NCBI GenBank assembly: GCA_964646135.1 | Contig: CAZYCT010000001.1 | Location: 1 to 57,055 of the forward strand | Direction of reading: 5' to 3' | From: an uncultured Coprococcus sp. | GTDB taxonomy: Bacteria; Bacillota; Clostridia; Lachnospirales; Lachnospiraceae | DNA: 57,055 bases | Shown: in pieces, positions 19,502 to 28,601 of the stretch | Numbering within the stretch: position 1 is the stretch's first letter | How the letters are laid out: the number at the start of each line of letters is the position of its first letter | Notes under the pieces: generated by a model | The model's input: the letters and a program-made list of their open reading frames with translations, nothing else | Databases searched by the model: none | Told to the model about the DNA's origin: nothing | Program-made: the position numbers and the translations under genes

Positions 19502-19753
19502 ATGGATGCAATCTTAAATGAGGATTGGACGGCTGATGCCATTGGACGAATGCATAAATACCGTATTACGAATCTGCAGTTAGCAGAAGCGTGTGGATTT
19601 ACCGCAGCATACCTGTCTACCGTTTTGAACGGTCGCAAACAATTCAAAAGTGCCAGTTCAAAAGAGGAAACCAAAGATAAGATCCTTCAGGCGTTGGCAG
19701 AGCTGGAAGATACGGTAATTAAGGATCAGTGTAATGATGGCAGTACAAATTGA
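19502..19753 (+). CDS. Cro-like HTH protein
   Basis: ITNLQLAEACGFTAAYLSTVLNG HTH; AGGAGG RBS. Confidence 0.85.
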   Translation: MDAILNEDWTADAIGRMHKYRITNLQLAEACGFTAAYLSTVLNGRKQFKSASSKEETKDKILQALAELEDTVIKDQCNDGSTN

Positions 19754-19904
19754 TGTACGTCAGATACCTTCCTCGGACGTGCAAAATCTTAGTAATACAT
19801 TTCTTACAGCCGTCAAAAACTTTTATGATGATCCTGAAAATGTAAAACGTTTTGAGGAATGGAAAATAAAATCTAACCCAAAAAAGGAGGCAAATCTATG
19901 TTAG
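19737..19904 (+). CDS. Small hypothetical protein (55 aa, absent from the ORF track)
   Basis: MAVQIDVRQIP...FYDDPENVKRFEEWK; overlaps both neighbours, consistent with translational coupling. Confidence 0.6.
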   Translation: MAVQIDVRQIPSSDVQNLSNTFLTAVKNFYDDPENVKRFEEWKIKSNPKKEANLC

Positions 19905-20338
19905 AAATCAAGGTAACTATTGAAGCACCAGAACTCTCAGCTGCAATTAACAATCTTGCAAAAGTATTTGAACAGGGAGCTACCGTAGACGCTCGATCTG
20001 TTGTTCAGGGGGCGCAGGCAACTAGAACACAGACAGAAGAAGCAATCATATCACCACCGGTACAGGAAACAGCGCAGCCAGTACAGAATACACCGGTCGT
20101 GGATATTCCGACACCAGAACAGGCAGAAGCACCAGAAGCACAGCAGGCACCCGTAACTGAGAAGAAGTACACACTTGAGGAATTGTCCAATGCAGGTGCA
20201 CGCTTAGTAGATGCTGGTAAGATGCCACAGATAATGCAGCTGATTAACAAGTATGGCGTGCAGGCAATCAATCAGTTAAATCCGGCGGTGTATGGAGAAT
20301 TTGCAAAAGATCTGATTGCGTTAGGTGCAAAATTCTAG
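19898..20338 (+). CDS. Conserved phage protein preceding DUF2800
   Basis: MLEIKVTIEAPELS start, Pro/Ala/Gln linker and helical C-terminus; usual position in the DUF2800-DUF2815-PolA module. Confidence 0.7.
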   Translation: MLEIKVTIEAPELSAAINNLAKVFEQGATVDARSVVQGAQATRTQTEEAIISPPVQETAQPVQNTPVVDIPTPEQAEAPEAQQAPVTEKKYTLEELSNAGARLVDAGKMPQIMQLINKYGVQAINQLNPAVYGEFAKDLIALGAKF

Positions 20339-20351
20339 GGAGGTGTGATCT

Positions 20352-21554
20352 ATGGCAACTCCAACAAAGCACTCATTGATATCACCTTCAAATTTGCATA
20401 GAGTCCTGAATTGTACAGCAGCACCGCGATTTGAAGAACAGTTTCCAGCTCAGTCAAGCGTATATTCGCGAGAGGGAACACTGGCGCATAAAGCGTGTGA
20501 AGTTGCAGTACAGTACGTGTTTGGGGACATTACGAAGCGAAAAAAGAACGCGGAGCTTAAAAAATTCCAAAATGAAGAACTGTGGGATGAAGAAATGATA
20601 AAGACTTCTGAATTTTATGCGCAGTATTTATGGGAAAAATCAATGACATTTAATAATAAACCATATGCAGTGCAGGAGGTAAGGGTGGACTTGTCCGATT
20701 ATATCCCGGATGGATTCGGCACGTGTGACCATGTGATGATTGGTGATGATACATTGTGTATCACCGATTATAAGCACGGCAAAGGTGTTGAGGTGTCTGC
20801 CGAAAACAACCCTCAGATGCGAATGTATGCATTGGGGGCGTTGAAAAAATATCAGATGATCTTTGGCAATGTGAAGTATATCTCAATGGCTATCGTGCAG
20901 CCACGTATCACAGAAAAAGTGAGTGAGGATCGTTTGACTGTAGAAGAACTTCTTGCATGGGGCGAACAAATAAAACCGCTCATTGAAAAGGCATATACTG
21001 GGAACGGAGAGTTTCATTCAGGTAGTTGGTGTAAGTTCTGCAGAGGTCGTGAGGTGTGCCGGGCAAGAGCTGAAAACTTCACTGCATTGGAGGACTTCAA
21101 AGATCTTCCGATAGAAGGAAAAATGAGTGATGCAGAAAAGATACTTACAGCATCCCCGATTCTTACGGATGCAGAGATTGGTGATCTGCTTATCAGAGGA
21201 AAAGAACTGGCAAACTGGTTAAGTGACCTGCAGGATTACGCATTGGGCGCAATAATGGCAGGAAAGAGTATACCGGGTTGGAAAGTTGTAGAAGGCAGAG
21301 CTACAAGAGAATTTACGAATCCAGCAGATGCAATGGATGCAATCAAAAATCTTGGACTGTATGCAGAGGATCAGCTCTATGAAACAAAAGCGTTAAGCCT
21401 TGCCAAACTTGAAAAGCTGCTGGGCAAAAAACTTTTTGCTGATACGGTAGGAAATATGGTGGTATATCCGCCGGGAAAACCGACATTAGCTACACAGGCA
21501 GATAAGCGGAAACCATACAACCCGGCCACTGCTGATTTTGTAGGTGCTGTATGA
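20352..21554 (+). CDS. DUF2800 Cas4-like PD-(D/E)XK nuclease
   Basis: HSLISPS...EGTLAH, GFGTCD, ITDYKHGKG, NPQMRMYALG, WCKFC...C. Confidence 0.88.
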   Translation: MATPTKHSLISPSNLHRVLNCTAAPRFEEQFPAQSSVYSREGTLAHKACEVAVQYVFGDITKRKKNAELKKFQNEELWDEEMIKTSEFYAQYLWEKSMTFNNKPYAVQEVRVDLSDYIPDGFGTCDHVMIGDDTLCITDYKHGKGVEVSAENNPQMRMYALGALKKYQMIFGNVKYISMAIVQPRITEKVSEDRLTVEELLAWGEQIKPLIEKAYTGNGEFHSGSWCKFCRGREVCRARAENFTALEDFKDLPIEGKMSDAEKILTASPILTDAEIGDLLIRGKELANWLSDLQDYALGAIMAGKSIPGWKVVEGRATREFTNPADAMDAIKNLGLYAEDQLYETKALSLAKLEKLLGKKLFADTVGNMVVYPPGKPTLATQADKRKPYNPATADFVGAV

Positions 21555-21961
21555 GAAGAGAAGATTTTACTATCTTTTCAGATGAATATGGACGAAACGG
21601 ACACTGGAAAATGACCTTCCATTTACCCGAACTTTTGGAGCATGACATGAGGAGACAAAATAAGATTTGGGCTTTGATCTGTAAAGAAGGGTACCGGTGG
21701 CCGAAAACAATTTGTCTATTGGATCAGTATATACCTGAATGGGTGGAAGAACAAAAAAAGTTTTGGGGCGAAGTAAGTATTCAGTTTCAACGTGATTACA
21801 GAGATCCTAAATGTATTAAGGATAAAGAGGAGCGTAGAGCAATAAAGGATAAGAATGACTCTATGCTGGTTGCTTTAAAAAGAGCCAAAAAAGGATATGA
21901 GCGTTCATGTAAGGTTCTAAAAAATTATATAGAACTTAAAGAAAAATATTACAGAGAGTAA
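21551..21961 (+). CDS. Hypothetical protein
   Basis: 136-aa ORF coupled by an ATGA overlap. Confidence 0.7.
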   Translation: MRREDFTIFSDEYGRNGHWKMTFHLPELLEHDMRRQNKIWALICKEGYRWPKTICLLDQYIPEWVEEQKKFWGEVSIQFQRDYRDPKCIKDKEERRAIKDKNDSMLVALKRAKKGYERSCKVLKNYIELKEKYYRE

Positions 21962-21969
21962 AGGAGATC

Positions 21970-22611
21970 ATGATTATGTATCAGAACATTGCAACGAAAG
22001 TATTAACAGGAGAAGTAAGACTGTCATATGCGCACTTATCAGAGCCGTATGCGAATCCGAATCAGCCGGGAGCGAAACCACGATATTCCGTGACTTTGTT
22101 AATTCCGAAATCAGACCATGCAACCAAGTTGGATATTGATCAGTCTATTAAAGCAGCATATGAGTCAGCCGTAGTAAATGACTGGAAAGGGGCCAGACCG
22201 CAGCTTAGATCACCGCTGATTTATGATGGTGATGGTCGCAGAAATGATGGTGGAGAGTTTGGAGCAGAGTGTAAGGGGCACTGGGTTATCACTGCAAACT
22301 CCGTTAGAAAGCCACAGGTTGTTGATATTTCAAACATCAATTCCGAACTTGCTCCGCAGGACATCTATTCAGGAATGTATGCTCGTGTAACACTTAATTT
22401 CTTTGCATTCAATACAAATGGAAACAGAGGTATCGGATGTGGTCTTGGTAACGTTCTGAAGACACGTGATGGCGAACCATTGAGCGGTGGAGCATCAGCA
22501 GCAAGTGATTTTGCAGGCATCGGTCAGGCTGTTGCACCAGCAGCAGACAATATGATGGGAACTCCGATGGCAGGACAGCAGATCAATCCGATCACAGGAC
22601 AGCCGATGTAA
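21970..22611 (+). CDS. DUF2815 single-stranded DNA-binding protein
   Basis: VRLSYAHL..P, YSVTLLIPK, YSGMYAR, GNRGIGCGLGNV..DGEPL motifs. Confidence 0.88.
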   Translation: MIMYQNIATKVLTGEVRLSYAHLSEPYANPNQPGAKPRYSVTLLIPKSDHATKLDIDQSIKAAYESAVVNDWKGARPQLRSPLIYDGDGRRNDGGEFGAECKGHWVITANSVRKPQVVDISNINSELAPQDIYSGMYARVTLNFFAFNTNGNRGIGCGLGNVLKTRDGEPLSGGASAASDFAGIGQAVAPAADNMMGTPMAGQQINPITGQPM

Positions 22612-22683
22612 TACCAAGAGTTAGGCAGGTGGTGTCGTTCCCGGACACTTGCCTGCCAGAAGATATGAAGGAGGCGAAACGAA

Positions 22684-24666
22684 ATGCACCATTTATCTAT
22701 TGACCTTGAGACATACAGCAGCATACCAATCAGGGATGCAGGCGCACAGAGGTACATAGCGAGTGATGATTTTGAAATTTTGTTGTTTGCATATTCCGTT
22801 GATAACGCCCCCGTAGAGATCATTGATCTGGCACTTGGAGAAAAGATACCTTCGTGGCTGATTACAGCGTTGTATAGCCCGAATTTTATCAAACACGCTT
22901 ACAATGCCCCGTTTGAATTTCATGCCTTGTCAAAATATTATGGCGAGTTGATACCGTCACAGTGGCGTTGTACGATGTTTCATGGGTTATTTAGCGGGTA
23001 TCCCGGAGGTTTGGAGGCAGTAGGAAAAGCGGTAGGTTTGTCAGAGGATAAGCAGAAACTACGAATTGGAAAAGACTTAATCCGGTACTTCTGTGTACCG
23101 TGTAAACCTACAAAATCCAATGGTGGAAGAACACGAAACTATCCAGAGCATGATATTGAAAAGTGGAATTTGTTCAAAGAATATTGCCGTCAGGATGTTC
23201 TGACGGAAATGGAAGTAGAGAAACGGTTAGGCGGTTATCCGGTTCCAGATTTTGTGCAAAAACAATGGGAAACAGATTTAATCATCAACGGTCGAGGTGT
23301 ATATGCAGATATGCCATTTGTAGAAGGCGCACTTGATATAGGTGCAAGGACTACAGCGGAGCTTATGGAAGAAGCTATGAATATTTCCGGACTGAACAAT
23401 CCGAACAGTGTGAAACAGTTACAGGAATGGTTCAATGCACAGGGGGTTGAAATGGATGATTGTAGAAAAGATACCATTTCAAAATTAGCTGCAGAAGAGG
23501 GCAATCCAGAGCACGTACAGAGGATGCTTGAAATCCGGCAAGAACTTGGAAAGACCAGCACGAAGAAGTATGATGCGATAAAAAATTGTGTTTGCCCAGA
23601 TAACAGGATAAGAGGGTTGCTGCAGTTCTACGGTGCGAATCGTACTGGAAGGTGGGCAGGAAGATTGGTGCAGGTGCAAAATCTCCCACGAACCTACACG
23701 CAAAACATTCCGTTTGCAAAGGAGCTGATACGCGAGGAAAAGAAAGATGCACTCCGTTTATGCTATGGATCGGTACCAGACACACTCTCACAGCTCATAA
23801 GAACAGCATTCATAGCGACACCGGGAAATGTTTTGATTGATGCCGATTTCTCAGCCATTGAAGCCCGTGTGATCTCATGGTTGGCTGGCGAAGAATGGAG
23901 ACTTGAAGTATTCCGCACGCACGGAAAAATATATGAAGCATCTGCGTCTCAGATGTTTGGTGTTCCGTTGGAACTCATTAAGAAGGGCAACCCTGAATAC
24001 GCACTGAGGGCGAAAGGAAAAGTTGCAGAATTGGCACTTGGTTATCAGGGAAGTTCTGGTGCACTTATCAATATGGGGGCACTCGATATGGGTCTGACCG
24101 AAGAAGAACTGCCAGATATCGTGACTCGATGGCGGACTGCAAACAGCCACATAAGACAGTTGTGGTACGACATGGACAACGCAGCAACAACAGTGATACA
24201 GCAAGGCGGATCAGTTCGTGTGCAAAAGCTAATCTTATCACGAGAGTATGACTATGATCGTGACATTACCAATTTTGTGATCACATTGCCATCGGGCAGA
24301 AAGCTATATTATGTGGATCCCGCGATTGGTGAAAACAGATTCGGCGGAACGTCAATTACATATAAAGGCGTGAACGACAAAAATAAATGGGGACGTATTG
24401 AAACCTATGGCGGGAAGTTGACAGAGAACTGTGTACAGGCTATCGCGCGTGATGCATTGGCAGAAGCTATAGAGCGATTAGAAGCAGCTGGATATCCAAT
24501 CGTATTCCATGTACATGATGAAGTTGTCATTGATATCACACCATATGCAGAAGACGAGGAAATGCTGAAGAATGTGGTTGATATTATGAGACAGCCACCT
24601 GCATGGGGACGAGACCTTCCATTGAATGCAGATGGATGGGTCGGAACATTCTTCACGAAGGATTAA
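22684..24666 (+). CDS. Family A DNA polymerase with 3'-5' exonuclease
   Basis: SIDLETYS exonuclease motif; RTGRWAG; ADFSAIEARV (motif A); KVAELALGY (motif B); HVHDE (motif C). Confidence 0.95.
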   Translation: MHHLSIDLETYSSIPIRDAGAQRYIASDDFEILLFAYSVDNAPVEIIDLALGEKIPSWLITALYSPNFIKHAYNAPFEFHALSKYYGELIPSQWRCTMFHGLFSGYPGGLEAVGKAVGLSEDKQKLRIGKDLIRYFCVPCKPTKSNGGRTRNYPEHDIEKWNLFKEYCRQDVLTEMEVEKRLGGYPVPDFVQKQWETDLIINGRGVYADMPFVEGALDIGARTTAELMEEAMNISGLNNPNSVKQLQEWFNAQGVEMDDCRKDTISKLAAEEGNPEHVQRMLEIRQELGKTSTKKYDAIKNCVCPDNRIRGLLQFYGANRTGRWAGRLVQVQNLPRTYTQNIPFAKELIREEKKDALRLCYGSVPDTLSQLIRTAFIATPGNVLIDADFSAIEARVISWLAGEEWRLEVFRTHGKIYEASASQMFGVPLELIKKGNPEYALRAKGKVAELALGYQGSSGALINMGALDMGLTEEELPDIVTRWRTANSHIRQLWYDMDNAATTVIQQGGSVRVQKLILSREYDYDRDITNFVITLPSGRKLYYVDPAIGENRFGGTSITYKGVNDKNKWGRIETYGGKLTENCVQAIARDALAEAIERLEAAGYPIVFHVHDEVVIDITPYAEDEEMLKNVVDIMRQPPAWGRDLPLNADGWVGTFFTKD

Positions 24667-24687
24667 AAAATCATAAGGAGGCAATAT

Positions 24688-25320
24688 ATGAAGGTTTATG
24701 GAAAAAGATTTCTTGGAAGATATACATGGGAAGAGTTAAAAGAGCACAGAAAGAATGGAGCTATCGGTGAAATTCTTGAGAGTGGTGATCAAATTCCAGT
24801 AACATTGAAAGATGGTGAAGAGGTTATATTTGACGTGACCTATGATGAAACCGGAAAGCTCTTTTTTGTTTTGCATGATTGTTTGGAAGAAGAACGCTGC
24901 ATGAATGAGAAATGCACGAATGAAGGTGGCTGGGCTGCTAGTGATATGCGCAAGTGGCTGAATACGGAAGTGCTCAGTAGATTACCAGATGAATTGCAGG
25001 CTGTAATCGAGCCTACCCACATCGTGCAGGTATTGGATGGTGAACGAATTGAATGTGATGATAAGCTGTTCCTGCTATCAGCTACACAAGTATTTGGGCG
25101 AGACGATCGTTGGAATAAGCAGGAACCAGAAGATTATCCACTCGATATCTTCACTACGGAGCGAAGTCGTGTGAAGGGATGTGGGGGAAACGGTACTTGG
25201 TTCTGGTGGCTGCGGCGCGCGAGCAGCAGTAGCAACTTCAGCAGCGTCTACAGCGGCGGCTACGGCAACCTTGGCAGTGCGAACTATGCTTACGGCGTTG
25301 CCCTCGGCTTCTCTATTTAA
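24688..25320 (+). CDS. DUF6273/C-type-lectin-like protein, DGR target 2
   Basis: GGWAASDMRKWLN...DKLFLLSATQVF...WWLRRA...GVALGFSI; homologous to the tail fibre C-terminal domain; AGGAGG RBS. Confidence 0.9.
   Translation: MKVYGKRFLGRYTWEELKEHRKNGAIGEILESGDQIPVTLKDGEEVIFDVTYDETGKLFFVLHDCLEEERCMNEKCTNEGGWAASDMRKWLNTEVLSRLPDELQAVIEPTHIVQVLDGERIECDDKLFLLSATQVFGRDDRWNKQEPEDYPLDIFTTERSRVKGCGGNGTWFWWLRRASSSSNFSSVYSGGYGNLGSANYAYGVALGFSI
25204..25309 (+). repeat. DGR variable repeat VR2
   Basis: 106 bp ungapped match to TR 10155-10260; 21 mismatches, all at TR adenines. Confidence 0.97.
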
Positions 25321-25322
25321 TC

Positions 25323-25375
25323 TAATATCTTCCGGGAATCTGGCCCCGCTTGTGGGGCCCTCACGGAAGATATTA
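25323..25375 (+). promoter_or_regulatory. DGR target-recognition hairpin downstream of VR2
   Basis: GGCCCC-gcttgt-GGGGCC core within an outer perfect 12-bp stem TAATATCTTCCG / CGGAAGATATTA. Confidence 0.8.
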
Positions 25376-25398
25376 AGCGAAACAACAAGGAGGCAATC

Positions 25399-25623
25399 GT
25401 GAAAAATAAGGAAAATAGGATTTTTTCAGAAAGATATTGGCAGCGTGTATTCTTACACACGCTGATGTTTACAGGTATAACAGCAATCATCGTATCCACA
25501 GTAGGAGTGCTGGCACTTCCCGTCATTATGTCCTACCTGTATTCGTGGAAGTGGATGTTTCTGTATTTAGTTTACCTGTATGTCATGGTAAAAGCTATGT
25601 GTTATAACGGCAGTGAAAAATGA
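25399..25623 (+). CDS. Small membrane protein
   Basis: AGGAGG RBS before GTG; two hydrophobic segments. Confidence 0.7.
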   Translation: MKNKENRIFSERYWQRVFLHTLMFTGITAIIVSTVGVLALPVIMSYLYSWKWMFLYLVYLYVMVKAMCYNGSEK

Positions 25624-25633
25624 GGTGAATGAA

Positions 25634-26263
25634 ATGAAGGTTTTAAAACCATCAGTGGAGTTTGTTACACCGGTTAATGGTGCAATTATCTTACAGCGTT
25701 TAGAAGAATGTGGGCGTGTATGTTACAAGTCGGAGGACAAGATCACGGACGGCAGTGCAGAAAAATTCATCCGTGGAATTATAAAAAGTGGTCATGAAGC
25801 GGTTTTGGAGCATTGTAGTTTTACCGTTAAATGGATCGTAGACAGAGGAATATCACATGAGCTTGTACGACACAGACTAGCTGCATATTGTCAGGAGTCA
25901 ACACGGTATTGCAACTATGGTAAGGATCGATTTGAGAACGAAATTACCGTCATAGAGCCGTTTTATCTGAACAGGGGTACAAATGGATACCACACTTGGT
26001 ATGAGGCGTGTATCGTCACAGAAAAGGCTTATTTTGACCTTTTAGAATTTGGGTGCACACCGCAGGAGGCAAGAGTGGTATTACCGACTTGCTTAAAAAC
26101 CGAAGTGGTTATGACAGCGGATATAAGAGAATGGCGGCACTTCTTTAGACTTAGATGCAGTAAGGCAGCACATCCGCAGATGCGAGAGGTTGCCATGCAG
26201 CTGTTAGATATGTGTTGTGAGCGGATGCCGGTACTGTTTGAGGATATTAAGGAGGAATTGTAA
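25634..26263 (+). CDS. thyX: FAD-dependent thymidylate synthase
   Basis: GHEAVLEH, RGISHELVRHR...QESTRY signature, AHPQMR. Confidence 0.95.
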   Translation: MKVLKPSVEFVTPVNGAIILQRLEECGRVCYKSEDKITDGSAEKFIRGIIKSGHEAVLEHCSFTVKWIVDRGISHELVRHRLAAYCQESTRYCNYGKDRFENEITVIEPFYLNRGTNGYHTWYEACIVTEKAYFDLLEFGCTPQEARVVLPTCLKTEVVMTADIREWRHFFRLRCSKAAHPQMREVAMQLLDMCCERMPVLFEDIKEEL

Positions 26264-26493
26264 TGAGCTATTTTTATTGGGCGTGTGATGCATATAAAGA
26301 TGCAGATGTAGATAGTTTTGAATATTTTTTAGTACGAGATATCAAGTGTGATAAAAATTTTCCTAAGTTGGAAACGGATAAGGAGAAGATTGAAATGTAC
26401 TTGATGTCACAGTATGCAAGCCCGGCCTGCATTGATACGTTCAGAAAGACTTATGAAAGGTATGTGGAGGCACAGGCGCAGCATGAACAGTAA
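26263..26493 (+). CDS. YozE SAM-like protein
   Basis: FYW...LVRDIKCDKNFP...I..YL...F...Y..Y pattern. Confidence 0.5.
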   Translation: MSYFYWACDAYKDADVDSFEYFLVRDIKCDKNFPKLETDKEKIEMYLMSQYASPACIDTFRKTYERYVEAQAQHEQ

Positions 26494-26641
26494 AGCAGCG
26501 ATAGAATTACTGCTGGCAATATTTGCTGTATATTTTACAGTTTGTGCAGCAGGCAGAAAAGATCGATTAGACAGAAAAGTTGATATGCAGGGCGGTATCG
26601 TCTTTTTTATATTGCTGATTGTGGCAATGGTGATTATGTAG
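26483..26641 (+). CDS. Small membrane protein
   Basis: Two hydrophobic stretches; GGAGG upstream. Confidence 0.55.
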   Translation: MNSKAAIELLLAIFAVYFTVCAAGRKDRLDRKVDMQGGIVFFILLIVAMVIM

Positions 26642-26652
26642 GAGGTTGGATC

Positions 26653-26934
26653 ATGAATAGAGCAGAATGCTTGGAAAAAGCAAAAGAATGTGTATGCGGT
26701 CAGAGAGAACAGGATTACGGGACACCAGAAGATAACTTTAACAGAATCGCTAATCTTTGGACGGCATACAAAGGAACAGTATTTACCGCTGGTGACGTTG
26801 CAATGATGATGGCACTTTTGAAGGTGGCCCGGATCCGAACAGGTACAGGAACAATGGACAGCTTCGTGGATCTTGCCGGGTATGCAGCTTGCGGCGCGGA
26901 GATTGCAGCTACACAGCAGATGAACGCAGATTGA
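26653..26934 (+). CDS. DUF6378-like phage protein
   Basis: REQDYGTPEDNFNRIANLW...DVAMMMALLKVAR...DSFVDLAGYAA. Confidence 0.75.
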   Translation: MNRAECLEKAKECVCGQREQDYGTPEDNFNRIANLWTAYKGTVFTAGDVAMMMALLKVARIRTGTGTMDSFVDLAGYAACGAEIAATQQMNAD

Positions 26935-26947
26935 GGATTCAGAAATT

Positions 26948-28084
26948 ATGAAGCATTTAGGTGATATTACAAAAATCAGTGGGTTTGATGTAGAACCGGT
27001 CAATGTGATCATCGGGGGCAGTCCATGTCAGGATTTGAGTATTGCCGGTAAAAGAGCCGGACTTTCTGGTGAGCGTTCGGGTCTTTTCATGGAACAACTG
27101 AGAATTATTAAAGAAATGAGGAAAGCAGATGAACAAAGAGGAAGAAAAGGTTCAGAAATCCGACCAAGATACATGGTGTGGGAGAATGTTCCGGGAGCCT
27201 TCAGTTCCAACAAAGGTGCAGACTTCGGAGCCGTCCTGCAAGAGACGGCGAAAGTTGTCTACAACGAAGCCCCCGTTATTCCTATGCCTAAACGTGGATG
27301 GCCAACGAGCGGATGTTTACAACTCTCTCTCTCAATGGACAGAAGATGCAGCATCGCTTGGCGTGTATTCGATGCACAGTTTTGGGGAGTACCCCAGCGT
27401 AGACGTAGAATCGCACTTGTCGCAGATTTTGGAGGATCAAGTGCCCCAGAAATATTATTTGAGCGAAAAAGCGTGTCAGGGGATTTTGAGAAGATCGGAA
27501 AAACGTGGGAAACCGTTACCACCAATATTGAAAACAGCATTGGAAGAAATGATAGCATTCTGGAGGAAAGAATAGCATACACGCTTAAAATAAGATCAGG
27601 ATGCGAAGGCGGAGGAAAAGGTGCTTTAGTACAAGAAGATAAAAGTGCAACGCTATCAACCTTACAAGATCAGACATTGTTTGCACCAACGAACAAACTC
27701 ATATCTCCTACATACTGCATTCAGGGAAACGCCATAGATCGTTCAGAGAAATCGGGCTGCAATGGAAAAGGATGGACAGAGGATGTGAGTTATACACTAA
27801 ATACAGCGGACAGACCGGCGGTATCCTATGCGATTGAAAACCTTCCGAATGACAGCCGTTGTAAATTATCAGATGGTAATACCGTTCAGACACTCAGCAG
27901 CAGGATGGGAACTGGTGGAGGAAACACACCGATGATACTTGAGTGCTATTCACAGGACGCATACGACAAATATAGCCCCAATTCTGTAGCACCCACAATT
28001 AAAAATTCAGGAGGTGTCTACGGGGGGGGCAGCGAAACGCTGATAGTGGAAAGGATGGTAGATGCTGATGAAAGTGAAAAATAA
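26948..28084 (+). CDS. C5-cytosine DNA methyltransferase, catalytic part (motifs IV-VIII plus variable/TRD repeats; motif I absent)
   Basis: GGSPCQD, WENVPG, DAQFWGVPQRRRR; starts at HLGDITK with no FxGxG upstream. Confidence 0.9.
   Translation: MKHLGDITKISGFDVEPVNVIIGGSPCQDLSIAGKRAGLSGERSGLFMEQLRIIKEMRKADEQRGRKGSEIRPRYMVWENVPGAFSSNKGADFGAVLQETAKVVYNEAPVIPMPKRGWPTSGCLQLSLSMDRRCSIAWRVFDAQFWGVPQRRRRIALVADFGGSSAPEILFERKSVSGDFEKIGKTWETVTTNIENSIGRNDSILEERIAYTLKIRSGCEGGGKGALVQEDKSATLSTLQDQTLFAPTNKLISPTYCIQGNAIDRSEKSGCNGKGWTEDVSYTLNTADRPAVSYAIENLPNDSRCKLSDGNTVQTLSSRMGTGGGNTPMILECYSQDAYDKYSPNSVAPTIKNSGGVYGGGSETLIVERMVDADESEK
27129..27575 (+). CDS. Nested alternative-frame ORF within the methyltransferase (putative beta subunit)
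   Basis: 148-aa +1 frame ORF ending SHLSQILEDQVPQKYYLSEKACQGILRRSEKRGKPLP; resembles, from memory, the overlapping polypeptide of EcoHK31I-type MTases; true start uncertain. Confidence 0.55.
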   Translation: MNKEEEKVQKSDQDTWCGRMFREPSVPTKVQTSEPSCKRRRKLSTTKPPLFLCLNVDGQRADVYNSLSQWTEDAASLGVYSMHSFGEYPSVDVESHLSQILEDQVPQKYYLSEKACQGILRRSEKRGKPLPPILKTALEEMIAFWRKE

Positions 28085-28601
28085 TATCGGGGGGGGGATT
28101 TGGAGCATGACAACGGGAAGTTATATGACTGCATCCGAAAATCAAACCTCTACTTTGATGGCAAGAGATTATAAAGATCCGCAGTTGGTAGGATATGAGA
28201 GTGAAGAACCAGACAGTTACACAGGACTTCAATACATTGTCAGGAGGCTGACACCAACAGAATGTGAACGTTTGCAGGGATATCCTGATGGATGGACGGA
28301 TATTGGCACATGGGATGATTCAAAAGGAAAGATGCATAAGAACAGTGCAGATAATGCCCGCTATAAAGCACTTGGAAATTCAATAGCATTGCCACCGTGG
28401 ACGTATGTGTTGCGTAAATTGTCAGTGTGCTGTGGATCAGATTGTACGATGGCAAGTCTTTTTGACGGTATTGGTGGTTTTCCACTGATATGGGAACATC
28501 TGAATGGTGCAGGTTCATGTAAATGGGCGAGTGAAATTGAAGAATTTCCGATTGCAGTAACCAAGAAACGTTTTAAAGAAACGGAGGTACAGAATGAGTA
28601 A
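28062..28601 (+). CDS. C5-methyltransferase second part (motifs IX, X, then I and II)
   Basis: RRLTPTECERLQGYPD, RYKALGNS, then SLFDGIGGF and WASEIEEF; G9 tract at 28089-28097. Confidence 0.88.
   Translation: MLMKVKNNIGGGIWSMTTGSYMTASENQTSTLMARDYKDPQLVGYESEEPDSYTGLQYIVRRLTPTECERLQGYPDGWTDIGTWDDSKGKMHKNSADNARYKALGNSIALPPWTYVLRKLSVCCGSDCTMASLFDGIGGFPLIWEHLNGAGSCKWASEIEEFPIAVTKKRFKETEVQNE

Noticed and set aside
20352-21554. Cas4-like nuclease as evidence of CRISPR-Cas
   Set aside because: Standard DUF2800 member of the phage PolA replication module; no array or other cas genes
28022-28029. G8 slippage fusing the two methyltransferase ORFs
   Set aside because: Both shifted frames reach a TGA stop before joining ORF B
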